Assembly: GCA_963749475.1 (NCBI GenBank)
Contig: CAVVMP010000007.1
Coordinates: forward strand, 1 to 24,000
Length of the DNA stretch: 24,000 nt
Source: Miltoncostaeaceae bacterium
GTDB lineage: Bacteria; Actinomycetota; Thermoleophilia; Miltoncostaeales; Miltoncostaeaceae
Reading direction: 5' to 3'
In this document: positions 9,128-17,843 of the stretch, piece after piece
Layout: the number at the start of each line of letters is the position of its first letter
Numbering within the stretch: position 1 is the first letter of the stretch
Made by a program: the position numbers and the translations under genes
Notes under the pieces: model-generated
Databases searched by the model: none
What the model was told of the DNA's origin: nothing
The model's input: the letters and a program-made list of their open reading frames with translations, nothing else

Positions 9128-10149
9128 GCGCACGGGCCGGCCGCCATGCCACCGCCGCGGAGGTGGCCGAGGTCCTGGCCCGGCCGGGTGAGCGCTTCGT
9201 GGTCACGTCGCACCACAACCCCGACGGCGACGCGCTCGGCTCGATGCTCGGCATGGCGCGCGCGCTGCGCGCCGCCGGCCAGGACGTGGTGCTGGCCCAC
9301 GCCGACGCCCCCGAGCTGCCCGACGACATCGCGTTCCTGCTCGCCGACGGGGAGGAGATCAGCCGCGACCTGCCCGGCGACGTCGCCGAGCGGGTGCTCG
9401 TGGCGGTCGACTGCGCCACCGAGCGCCGCATGTGGGCGGAGCCGGTGCACGAGCGCGCCCGCGAGGTGGTGAACATCGACCACCACCAGGACAACACGAT
9501 GTTCGGCGACCTCAACCTGGTGGACCCGCACGCGTCGAGCACCGCCGAGGTGATCGTCGGCATCCTCACCGTCGCCGGCTGGCCCCTCACCCGCGCGGTG
9601 GCCGAGCCGCTCTACGTCGGCCTGGTCACCGACACCGGCCGCTTCGGCTACACCAACACCAGCCCGCACTCGCACCGCGTGGCGGCCGCGATGATCGAGG
9701 CCGGGGTGGACACGGCCGCCATCGCCCGCCGGCTGTACGAGGAGCAGCCGCTGGAGCGCCTGCTCCTGATCGGCCGGGCGCTCGAGCACGCCCGGCCCCT
9801 CGCCGGCGGGCGGATGCTCGCCTCGGTCCTCACCCGCGCCGACTTCGACGCGGCGGGCGGCAACGACACCGAGGGCATCGTCGAGATCATGCGCGGCGTC
9901 CGGGGGATGAAGGCGGCGGCGCTGGTCAGCGAGGCCGGCCCGGACGGGGCGTGGCGCGTGTCGCTGCGCTCGGTCGACCCGGACGTGGACGTCTCGGCGA
10001 TCGCCCGGGACGAGGGCGGCGGCGGCCACCGGGCCGCGGCCGGCTTCAGCACGCGCCGGCCACCCGACGACCTGCTCGCCTGGCTCGACGCGCGCATCAC
10101 CGAGCGGCTCGACCACCTGGCCGCCAACCCGAACGGGGCCGGTGGCTGA
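9124..10149 (+). CDS. nrnA: DHH-family phosphoesterase (NrnA/CnpB-like oligoribonuclease/pAp phosphatase)
   Basis: DHH motifs are present: HHNPDGDALGS, AVDCA, NIDHHQDN, GLVTDTGRF. The DHHA1 motif GGGGHRAAAG is also present. The GTG start overlaps the rbfA stop (GTGA). The position after rbfA is the same as in mycobacteria. Confidence 0.85.
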   Translation: MSARAGRHATAAEVAEVLARPGERFVVTSHHNPDGDALGSMLGMARALRAAGQDVVLAHADAPELPDDIAFLLADGEEISRDLPGDVAERVLVAVDCATERRMWAEPVHERAREVVNIDHHQDNTMFGDLNLVDPHASSTAEVIVGILTVAGWPLTRAVAEPLYVGLVTDTGRFGYTNTSPHSHRVAAAMIEAGVDTAAIARRLYEEQPLERLLLIGRALEHARPLAGGRMLASVLTRADFDAAGGNDTEGIVEIMRGVRGMKAAALVSEAGPDGAWRVSLRSVDPDVDVSAIARDEGGGGHRAAAGFSTRRPPDDLLAWLDARITERLDHLAANPNGAGG

Positions 10150-11011
10150 GACCCCGGCGGCGGCCCTGTGGCTGGTGGACAAGCCGGCCGGGCCCACGTC
10201 GCACGACGTGGTCGCGGGCGTCCGCCGTCGCCTCGGGCGGAAGGTGAAGGTTGGCCACACCGGCACCCTCGACCCCTTCGCCACCGGCCTCCTGGTGCTG
10301 ATGGTCGCCCGCGCCACCCGCCTGGCGCCGCTGCTCACCGGACTCGACAAGACGTACCTGGCGACGCTGCGCACCGGGTTCACCTCGGAGAGCGGAGACC
10401 CGGAGGGCCCGATCGCCCGGGCCGGCGAACCCGCCGGCGGCGGGGCGATCGCCGCCGCGCTGCCCGCGTTCGTCGGCGTGCAGCGGCAGCGGGTCCCGCC
10501 GCTGTCGGCGGTGAAGGTCGGTGGGGAGCGGCTCTACGCGCGGACCCGCCGGGGCGAGGAGACGGAGCTGCCGGAGCGCGAGATCGCGGTGCGCGACCTG
10601 CGCATGGTGGAGGACCTCGGCGACGGCGAGGCGGTGCTGGAGGTGCGCTGCAGCGCCGGCACCTACGTCCGCCGCCTGGCGTCCGACATCGGCGAGCGCC
10701 TGGGCTGCGGCGCCTACCTCACCGCGCTGCGGCGGACGGCGGTGGGGAGCATGTCGGTGGACGACGCCGTGCCGCCGGACGACGTGGCCCGCGAGGGCGG
10801 GATCGCCCCGCTGGCGGCGCTGCCGCACCTGCCACGCCGGGAGCTGGACGCCGACGGCGCGCTGGAGGTCGCCCACGGCCGCTGGCGCGGCGACGCCGGC
10901 GGCGCGGCCGGGCCGGTCGCGCTGGTGCGCGACGGACGGCTGGTGGCGGTCGCGCGCCCCGACGGCGAGGGCGTGCTGCGCGCCGGCCTGGTGCTGGAGG
11001 ACCCGCGGTGA
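10142..11011 (+). CDS. truB: tRNA pseudouridine(55) synthase TruB
   Basis: The sequence LVDKPAGPTSHDVV...VGHTGTLDPFATGLLVL contains the catalytic Asp motif, followed by KTYLATLRTG and AGTYVRRLASDIG. The GTG start overlaps the nrnA end by 8 nt. Confidence 0.9.
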   Translation: MAETPAAALWLVDKPAGPTSHDVVAGVRRRLGRKVKVGHTGTLDPFATGLLVLMVARATRLAPLLTGLDKTYLATLRTGFTSESGDPEGPIARAGEPAGGGAIAAALPAFVGVQRQRVPPLSAVKVGGERLYARTRRGEETELPEREIAVRDLRMVEDLGDGEAVLEVRCSAGTYVRRLASDIGERLGCGAYLTALRRTAVGSMSVDDAVPPDDVAREGGIAPLAALPHLPRRELDADGALEVAHGRWRGDAGGAAGPVALVRDGRLVAVARPDGEGVLRAGLVLEDPR

Positions 11012-11982
11012 GGCGCTTCGGCTCGTTCGGCGACCTCCCGCTCGGCGGGCAGCGCCGCGTGGTGGCGATCGGGACGTTCGACGGCGTCCACGTGGGCCAC
11101 CAGGCGATCATCGGCCGGGCGATCGAGATCGCCCGCGAGCGGCGCCTCAACGCGATGGCCCTGACGTTCGAGCCGCAGCCGATCGCGGTGCTCCGCCCGG
11201 AGCTGCGCCCGGCGGTCCTGACGCACATCGGGCTGAAGACCCAGCTCATCGAGCGCCTCGGCGTGGACGAGCTGCTGGTGGTGCCGTTCACGAAGGCGTT
11301 CTCGCGGATCCGGGCGGAGCGCTTCGCCGAGATGCTTGTCTCGCCGCCGGTGGGCGCCGAGGCGGTGGTGATCGGCGAGAACTTCCGGTTCGGCCACGGG
11401 GGCGCCGGGACGGCGGAGATGCTGATGCAGTACGGCCGGCGCCGCGGCTTCCACGTGGAGGCGCCGGTGCTGGTGTCCAGCGCCGACGGCAAGCCGATCT
11501 CCTCCACCCGCATCCGCCGCCTCGTCGCGACGGGCCAGGTGGAGGCGGTGATCCCGCTGCTGGGGCGGCTCCACTCGGTGGAGGGGATCGTGGTGCACGG
11601 CGAGGGCCGCGGCCGCGGCCTCGGCATCCCCACCGCCAACCTGGAGATCCCGGCCGACAGCGCGCTGCCCAGCCGGGGCGTGTACGCCTGCCGCGCCGTC
11701 CTGGCGCAGGGCCGCAGCACGGCCGCCGTCAACATCGGCGTCGCGCCGACGTTCACCGCCCAGTCGCTCAGCTCGACGATGCGCCTGGAGGCCTTCCTCC
11801 TGGACCACGACGGCAGCGACCTCTACGGCCAGACGATGCGCATCGAGTTCATCGAGCGCCTGCGCGACGAGAAGCGCTTCGAGTCGGTTGACGCCCTGAT
11901 GGAGCAGGTGCACCGGGACATCGCCCGCGCCCGGGACATCGGGACGCGCCCCCTGGCGATCGAGCCGGACCTGACCCCCTAG
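11008..11982 (+). CDS. ribF: Bifunctional riboflavin kinase / FAD synthetase
   Basis: The FAD synthetase part reads VVAIGTFDGVHVGHQAII...TFEPQP...GENFRFG. The riboflavin kinase part reads GEGRGRGLGIPTANL...YGQTMRIEFIERLRDEKRFESVDALMEQVHRD. The GTG overlaps the truB stop (GTGA). Everything upstream in ORF 10168..11982 is an out-of-frame overlap with truB. Confidence 0.9.
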   Translation: MRRFGSFGDLPLGGQRRVVAIGTFDGVHVGHQAIIGRAIEIARERRLNAMALTFEPQPIAVLRPELRPAVLTHIGLKTQLIERLGVDELLVVPFTKAFSRIRAERFAEMLVSPPVGAEAVVIGENFRFGHGGAGTAEMLMQYGRRRGFHVEAPVLVSSADGKPISSTRIRRLVATGQVEAVIPLLGRLHSVEGIVVHGEGRGRGLGIPTANLEIPADSALPSRGVYACRAVLAQGRSTAAVNIGVAPTFTAQSLSSTMRLEAFLLDHDGSDLYGQTMRIEFIERLRDEKRFESVDALMEQVHRDIARARDIGTRPLAIEPDLTP

Positions 11983-11988
11983 CCGCCG

Positions 11989-12402
11989 GTGCTGGGCCGT
12001 CTCCTCCTCGGCAGCGGGACGCTCCCGGACGACCTCCGGGCGCAGCTCACCGCGGAGGGCCTCGACCAGGAGGAGGAGGGGATCCCCGGGACGATCACCC
12101 TCCGGCACCACCGCGCCCCCCGCCGCCGGTCGAGCTGGCGGCGTCAGTGGATCCGCGCGGCGCTCGCGATCAGCGACCGCCGCCTCGTCGTCGCCGTGAG
12201 GGGCCGGCCCGTCGTGGACGTCCCGTGGGACGACCCCCGGCTGCGCGCGATGGAGTTCGGGGTTGACGACGACCGCCTGCTGATCGCCTTCGATCCCGGC
12301 CTGTTCGACGAGCGCCGCTCCGGGCGCGTCGAGCTGCGCCTGCGCAGCGTCCACCCCCGCCTGGCCCTGGAGCAGATCCGCGCCCGGATCCCGGACGCCT
12401 AG
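11989..12402 (+). CDS. Hypothetical protein
   Basis: The 137-aa ORF has very high GC3. Its GTG start lies 6 nt after the ribF stop, suggesting co-transcription. I recognise no family. Confidence 0.5.
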   Translation: MLGRLLLGSGTLPDDLRAQLTAEGLDQEEEGIPGTITLRHHRAPRRRSSWRRQWIRAALAISDRRLVVAVRGRPVVDVPWDDPRLRAMEFGVDDDRLLIAFDPGLFDERRSGRVELRLRSVHPRLALEQIRARIPDA

Positions 12403-12405
12403 GGT

Positions 12406-13176
12406 TCAGCCGGAGCGGAAGAGGCGGCCGTGGCCGCCGACGGCGGCGGTGTCGGCGCCGGCGGCGCGGAGGAGGGCCCAGAGGAGGGCCTGGTTCGCGG
12501 TGACGACGGGGATCCCGAGGTCCGCCTCGATCGCCTCGATCGCGCCGACGGCGCGGAACCCGTTGCCGCCGATCACGACGGCGTCGGCGTCGGCGGGAGC
12601 CTCCGCGGCGACCCACGCGTGAAGCGCCTCGGGCGTGATCGCCCGCTGATCGCTCGGCAGGTTCGCCGGGGCGGAGCGCAGGACCTCCGCGCCGGCGGCG
12701 GCGAGATACCCCCGGCCCAGCTCCGCGAGCTCGGGGTCGAACCAGGGCGGGTGCACCAGGAGGACGCGGCGCGCGCCGAGGGCGCGGAGGGCGTCGGCGA
12801 ACGCGAGCCCGGGGCTCACGACCGGGATGCCGCGCGTCACCGCCTCGAGGCGTCGCACCATGTCCGCCTCCGCGGCGGCGCCGATCACGTAGGCGTGGCT
12901 CGTGAAGCCGACGCCGACGGCGTCGATGGGGGCGGCGGCCAGCAGCTCCGCCGCGGCGTCGATGTGCGGCGGCTCCGCGAACGCGCGGACCGGTGCGAGC
13001 GGGATGGTCGGGTCCATCGCGCCGCCCGGCGCCATCGCCCCGAACGGCACCCGCGACGCGTGGACCGCCACCCCGGGCGGCGCCATCGCGCCGAGCTCCG
13101 ACTCCGGGCCCACGTCGGCGTGCGGCACCAGGACGCCGATGCGCACCCGCGCGTCCCATCCGTCCGGCCGCCACAT
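12406..13176 (-). CDS. Asp/Glu/hydantoin racemase superfamily protein (maleate isomerase / arylmalonate decarboxylase-like), cysteine-free
   Basis: The sequence RIGVLVPHADVGPESEL...GFTSHAYV...RVLLVHPPW...VVIGGNGFRAVGAIEAIEADLGIPVVTANQALLWALLRAAG follows the maleate-isomerase-family layout. ATG 13176 (MWRPDGW) is preferred over the ORF-track start 13293, which would run into the rpsO promoter region. Confidence 0.65.
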   Translation of the reverse strand: MWRPDGWDARVRIGVLVPHADVGPESELGAMAPPGVAVHASRVPFGAMAPGGAMDPTIPLAPVRAFAEPPHIDAAAELLAAAPIDAVGVGFTSHAYVIGAAAEADMVRRLEAVTRGIPVVSPGLAFADALRALGARRVLLVHPPWFDPELAELGRGYLAAAGAEVLRSAPANLPSDQRAITPEALHAWVAAEAPADADAVVIGGNGFRAVGAIEAIEADLGIPVVTANQALLWALLRAAGADTAAVGGHGRLFRSG

Positions 13177-13247
13177 CGCACGCACCCCCGGTCGCCCGGC
13201 ACCCAGGCTATGACGGCTCGTGCGCCGCGGGCCACCTCGGGGGGGTC

Positions 13248-13256
13248 TGCTAGGGT
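13248..13256 (+). promoter_or_regulatory. Candidate extended -10 element (TGCTAGGGT) for rpsO
   Basis: tgc+tagggt fits the actinobacterial TAnnnT -10 with a TGn extension. It lies about 100 nt upstream of the rpsO ATG. It shares the core TGCTAG with the candidate at 2737. There is no clear -35. Confidence 0.2.
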
Positions 13257-13358
13257 CATCCGATCCCGGGGTGCGGGAGGCCCGTGCGGGCATCCCCCCG
13301 GAACATGACGACCCGGTGCGGCTCCGGCTGCGCCGTGGCTGGGACAGAGGAGATACAG

Positions 13359-13625
13359 ATGCTGACCAAGGACGCCAAGGCGGAGGTCATCGGCGGCCAT
13401 CGTCGCCACGAGAGCGACACGGGCTCGCCCCAGGTGCAGGTCGCGATCCTGACCGAGCGGATCAACCAGCTCACCGAGCACCTGAAGACGCACAAGAAGG
13501 ACCACCATTCGCGGCGCGGCCTGCTCCAGATGGTCGGGCGCCGCCGCCGTCTCCTGAACTACCTTCAGAAGACGGATCTGGACGGGTATCGCGAGCTGAC
13601 GAAGAAGCTCGGCCTGCGCAGGTAG
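13359..13625 (+). CDS. rpsO: 30S ribosomal protein S15
   Basis: The 88-aa product reads [75 protein letters not shown] lies 6 nt upstream. The ORF-track start 13284 is a spurious extension. Confidence 0.95.
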   Translation: MLTKDAKAEVIGGHRRHESDTGSPQVQVAILTERINQLTEHLKTHKKDHHSRRGLLQMVGRRRRLLNYLQKTDLDGYRELTKKLGLRR

Positions 13626-13724
13626 GCGCGGCCGGAAGGACGATTCGGACGGCGGCGGCGCACAGGGTGCCGTCGGCGAGGCGCCCCGCCCGATAGGCGG
13701 CGCGGGGCAGACAAGGGACGTGAC

Positions 13725-15914
13725 ATGGCAGTAGAGCAGGTGACCGCGTCGATCGGCGACTCGCCGATCAGCTTCGAGACGGGCAAGCTGGCCAAGCAGG
13801 CCAACGGCTCGGTCCTGGTGCGCTCCGGCGACACCGTGGTGCTGGTGACGGCGGTCGGCGCGCAGTCGCCGCGTCCGGGGGCGGACTTCTTCCCCCTCAC
13901 CGTGGATGTGGAGGAGCGCATGTACGCCGCGGGCAAGATCCCCGGCGGCTTCATCAAGCGCGAGTCGCGCCCGTCGGACCGGGCCACGCTGACCGCACGC
14001 ATGACCGACCGGCCGATCCGGCCGCTGTGGCCGAAGGGGTATCGCAACGAGACGCAGGTCGTCGCGACGGTGATGTCCGTCGACCAGGTGAACCCGTTCG
14101 ACATCCTCTGCATCAACGGCGCGTCCGCCGCCCTGATGCTGTCCGAGCTGCCGTTCGCCGGCCCCATCGGCGCCGTCCGCATCGGGCTCATCGGGGACGA
14201 GTTCATCATCAACCCGACCCTCCAGGAGACGGCGGAGTCGGAGCTCGACCTCATCGTGGCCGGCTCGGCCGACGCGATCTCGATGGTCGAGGCGGGCGCG
14301 ACGGAGGTCGACGAGGACACGATCCTCGAGGCCCTCCAGATCGCCCACGAGGAGATCCGCAACCTCTGCGCGGCGCAGCTCGAGCTGCAGAAGGCGGCCG
14401 GCAAGCCCAAGTGGGACGTCGCGCCGATCGCCGTCGACGAGAAGCTCCTCGGCAAGATCGAGAAGAAGTTCGGCAAGGACCTGGCCGAGGCCACCGACGA
14501 GCAGGCCAAGCTGCTCCGCCGCGACAAGGTCGCCGCGGTCCGCCAGGCCGCCCAGGACGACATCGTCGGCGACGACGCCGACCCGGAGGCGCTCGCCGAC
14601 TTCGGTCGCGCGTTCGACTCCCTCCAGAAGACGCTCATCCGCCGCCGCATCGCGGTCGACAAGCATCGCCCCGACGGCCGCAAGGCCGACGAGATCCGGC
14701 CGATCACCTGCGAGGTGACGGTGCTCCCGCGCGTCCACGGCTCCGGCCTGTTCACCCGCGGCGAGACCCAGGTGCTGTCGAGCCTCGCGCTCGGCACCAC
14801 CAAGGAGGCGCAGCGCATCGACGGCCTCGGCATCGAGACCAGCAAGCGCTACATCCACCACTACAACTTCCCGCCGTTCAGCGTCGGCGAGATCGGCTTC
14901 ATGCGCGGCCCGAAGCGCCGCGACATCGGTCACGGCGCCCTCGCCGAGCGCGCCCTGCTGCCGATGATCCCGGCCGAGGACGAGTTCCCCTACACGCTGC
15001 GGATCGTGTCTGAGACGCTCGAGTCCAACGGGTCGTCCTCGATGGCGTCCGTGTGCGGCTCGACCCTCGCGCTCCTGGACGCCGGCGTGCCGATCGCGCG
15101 CCCCGTGGCGGGCATCGCGATGGGCCTCATCAAGGAGGGCGACGACTACATCGTCCTCAGCGACATCCAGGGCGACGAGGACCACCTCGGCGACATGGAC
15201 TTCAAGGTCGCCGGCACCGAGAAGGGCATCAACGCCCTCCAGATGGACATCAAGATCACCGGCGTCAGCTTCGACATCCTGCGCGACGCCCTCGCGCAGG
15301 CGAAGAAGGGCCGCGAGCACATCCTCGGGGTCATGGCCGAGGTGATCGACGCCCCGCGCACCGAGCTGTCGGCGTGGGCGCCGCGCATCACCGCGATCAA
15401 GATCGACCCCGACCGGATCGGCACCGTCATCGGCAAGGGCGGCGAGACGATCCGCGGCCTCGAGGCCGACTACGAGGTCGAGATCTCGATCGAGGACGAC
15501 GGCACCGTGAAGGTCTACGGCGTCGACGGCCAGAAGGCCGACGCCGCGGTCGAGCAGATCCGCGCGATGACGAAGGACGTCGAGGTGGGCGACACCTACC
15601 TGGGCGCGAAGGTCGTCAAGACGACCACCTTCGGCGCGTTCGTGGAGCTGACGAAGGGCGTGGACGGCCTGCTGCACATCTCGAACCTCGGCCGCGGCCG
15701 GGTGGAGAAGGTGGAGGACGTCGTCAACCGCGGCGACGTGGTCAACGTGACCGTCGTCGAGGTGGACAAGGCCCGCGGCCGGATCGGCCTGCGCATCGTC
15801 GGCATGGAGGACGTCGACGGCGGCGGGGGCGACAACGGCGCCGAGAGCGCGTCGGAGGGGGACGACGACGGCAAGCCGCGCCGCCGCCGCCGCCGGCTGA
15901 CCGTCCCGGAGTAG
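13725..15914 (+). CDS. pnp: Polyribonucleotide nucleotidyltransferase (PNPase)
   Basis: The 729-aa product has two RNase PH domains (FETGKLAKQANGSV, FFPLTVDVEERMYAAGKIPGGF, GSSSMASVCGSTLALLDAGVPI, DHLGDMDFKVAGT). It also has a KH domain (GKGGETIRGL) and an S1 domain (GDTYLGAKVVKTTTFGAFVEL). A 37-aa Gly/acidic plus R6 tail follows. Confidence 0.97.
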   Translation: MAVEQVTASIGDSPISFETGKLAKQANGSVLVRSGDTVVLVTAVGAQSPRPGADFFPLTVDVEERMYAAGKIPGGFIKRESRPSDRATLTARMTDRPIRPLWPKGYRNETQVVATVMSVDQVNPFDILCINGASAALMLSELPFAGPIGAVRIGLIGDEFIINPTLQETAESELDLIVAGSADAISMVEAGATEVDEDTILEALQIAHEEIRNLCAAQLELQKAAGKPKWDVAPIAVDEKLLGKIEKKFGKDLAEATDEQAKLLRRDKVAAVRQAAQDDIVGDDADPEALADFGRAFDSLQKTLIRRRIAVDKHRPDGRKADEIRPITCEVTVLPRVHGSGLFTRGETQVLSSLALGTTKEAQRIDGLGIETSKRYIHHYNFPPFSVGEIGFMRGPKRRDIGHGALAERALLPMIPAEDEFPYTLRIVSETLESNGSSSMASVCGSTLALLDAGVPIARPVAGIAMGLIKEGDDYIVLSDIQGDEDHLGDMDFKVAGTEKGINALQMDIKITGVSFDILRDALAQAKKGREHILGVMAEVIDAPRTELSAWAPRITAIKIDPDRIGTVIGKGGETIRGLEADYEVEISIEDDGTVKVYGVDGQKADAAVEQIRAMTKDVEVGDTYLGAKVVKTTTFGAFVELTKGVDGLLHISNLGRGRVEKVEDVVNRGDVVNVTVVEVDKARGRIGLRIVGMEDVDGGGGDNGAESASEGDDDGKPRRRRRRLTVPE

Positions 15915-17206
15915 TGAGCACCGCGTCCGCTCCCGCGCCGATCGTCGGCGCCACGTCGGGGGGTCTCCGGGTCGTCTCGGAGACCATCCCCGGCGTGCGC
16001 TCCGTCGCGATCGGCGTGTGGATCGGCGTGGGGTCGCGCTTCGAGCGGCCCGTGGAGGCGGGGATCTCCCACTTCCTGGAGCACATGCTGTTCAAGGGCA
16101 CGCCGACCCTGTCGCCGGAGGAGATCGCCCAGGCCTTCGACGCGCTCGGCGGCGAGGTGAACGCGGCGACCGGCAAGGACTACACGGTCCTGTACTGCCG
16201 GGTCCTGGACGAGTTGCTCGACCAGGCGATGCCGCTGCTCACCGACATGCTCCAGCGCCCCACGTTCCTGGACCTCGACCAGGAGCGCGAGGTGGTGCTG
16301 GAGGAGATCGCCATGTACGAGGACGACCCCCAGGACCAGATCCACGACCTGGCGAGCCTCGCGGTCTTCCCGGACCAGGCGCTGGGGCGCCCCGTGATCG
16401 GCACCGCCGAGGTGATCGGCTCGGTGCCGGAGGCGGGCGTCCGCGCCTACCACCGCGACCACTACACGGCGCCGAACATGGTGGTGGCGGCCGCGGGCAA
16501 CGTGGAGCACGAGCGCGTGCTGGAGCTGTCGGAGCGGCTGCTCGGCGGGCTGTCGACGGCGTCGGGGGAGGGGGCCTACGAGCCCGCCCGCGCCGGCCGG
16601 CCGACGCTGCTGCTGAAGGAGAAGACCACCGAGCAGTACCACCTCTGCCTCGGCGGCCCGGGCCTGTCGCGCAACGACCCGCGCCGGCACGCCCAGTCGG
16701 TCCTCGACACGGTCCTGGGCGGGTCGATGAGCAGCCGCCTGTTCCAGGAGGTGCGCGAGAAGCGCGGCCTGGCGTACTCGGTGGGCACCTACGTCGTCGG
16801 CTACGCCGACGCCGGTCAGGTGGGCGTCTACCTCGGCACGCGCGAGGACAACCTCGCGACGGCGTGCGACGTCATCGGCACGGAGCTGCGCCGCATCGGC
16901 GACGAGCCGCTGCCTGCCGCCGAGCTCCGCCGCGCGAAGGACCACCTGAAGGGGCGCCTGGTGCTCGGCATGGAGAGCTCCGGCACCCGCATGAACCGCA
17001 TCGGCCGCGCCGTCCTCACCGGGACGGAGCTGCTGACGGTGGACGAGCTCGTGGAGCGCATCGAGGCCGTCACCGCCGCCGACGTCCAGGCCCTCGCCCG
17101 GGAGCACTGGAGCCCGGATGCGATGTCCGCCGCCGCGATCGGCCCGAAGGGCGACGTCATCCGCGGTGCCGTCACCCGCCTCTCCCCGGAGCTCGCCGCC
17201 GCCTGA
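15914..17206 (+). CDS. M16-family (pitrilysin/PepR-like) zinc peptidase
   Basis: The inverted zinc motif HFLEH occurs in GISHFLEHMLFKGT, followed by EREVVLEEI. The two-domain M16 length is about 430 aa. GTG 15914 overlaps the pnp stop (TAGTG). The position after pnp is conserved in actinobacteria. Confidence 0.9.
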   Translation: MSTASAPAPIVGATSGGLRVVSETIPGVRSVAIGVWIGVGSRFERPVEAGISHFLEHMLFKGTPTLSPEEIAQAFDALGGEVNAATGKDYTVLYCRVLDELLDQAMPLLTDMLQRPTFLDLDQEREVVLEEIAMYEDDPQDQIHDLASLAVFPDQALGRPVIGTAEVIGSVPEAGVRAYHRDHYTAPNMVVAAAGNVEHERVLELSERLLGGLSTASGEGAYEPARAGRPTLLLKEKTTEQYHLCLGGPGLSRNDPRRHAQSVLDTVLGGSMSSRLFQEVREKRGLAYSVGTYVVGYADAGQVGVYLGTREDNLATACDVIGTELRRIGDEPLPAAELRRAKDHLKGRLVLGMESSGTRMNRIGRAVLTGTELLTVDELVERIEAVTAADVQALAREHWSPDAMSAAAIGPKGDVIRGAVTRLSPELAAA

Positions 17207-17380
17207 CGGCTGGTCGATCGGCCGGCCCCTCACGAGCGATCGGCACGACCCGGGCGCCGGTCGGGGGTGTCCCGGCGGGGGCCGTGCGCGATCACCTCGC
17301 GGATCGGGGCCCCCGGGAGGCGCCCTCAGGCGCCCCCGGTCCCCGTGCCGCCCCCGCCGTCGATGCGGGGGCGTGGCGGC

Positions 17381-17800
17381 CTACACACCGGTCCGCTGGA
17401 CCAGACGCATCTCGTTGCCGGAGACGTCCCGGAGCTGGGCGTCGATGCCGTAGGGCTGCTCCGTCGGGGGCAGCGAGAACTCGACGCCGCGGCCCGACAG
17501 CTCCTCATAGGTGGCGCGGCAGTCCTCCGTGCCGAGCATCACGCCGCCCATCGCGCCCTTCGACATGAGCGACAGCACCTGCGCTGTCGTCTCGTCGTCG
17601 AACAGCGGCGGGCCGGGGACGTTCAGGATCAGCTGGATCTCCGGCTGCCCGGGAGGACCGACCGTGAGCCAGCGGTAGTCGCCGAACTCCGGGAGGGTGA
17701 CGTCCTCGCGAAGCTCGAAGCCGAGCTTCTCGGTGTACCAGGCGAGCGCCTCGTCCTGGTCGTGGACCCAGAGGCCGATGTTGGTGATGCGGAGCGACAT
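17381..17800 (-). CDS. VOC-family (glyoxalase/bleomycin-resistance fold) protein
   Basis: The sequence MSLRITNIGLWVHDQDEALAWYTEKLGFELRED...RWLTV...GGVMLGTEDCRATYEELSGRGVEF...QPYGIDAQLRDVSGNEMRLVQ has the typical VOC layout. ATG 17800 follows a GAAGGGA SD. Confidence 0.8.
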   Translation of the reverse strand: MSLRITNIGLWVHDQDEALAWYTEKLGFELREDVTLPEFGDYRWLTVGPPGQPEIQLILNVPGPPLFDDETTAQVLSLMSKGAMGGVMLGTEDCRATYEELSGRGVEFSLPPTEQPYGIDAQLRDVSGNEMRLVQRTGV

Positions 17801-17843
17801 TGGGGGTTCCCTTCGGGGGCGGTTCGATCGGACGTTCACGACG

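Noticed and set aside
12885-15677. A 930-aa minus-strand ORF. The 426-aa ORF 13565..14845 is similar.
   Set aside because: - They are antisense shadows of pnp and rpsO.
- Composition is dominated by R/A/D/L/G with no motifs.
- PNPase on the + strand is intact and highly conserved.
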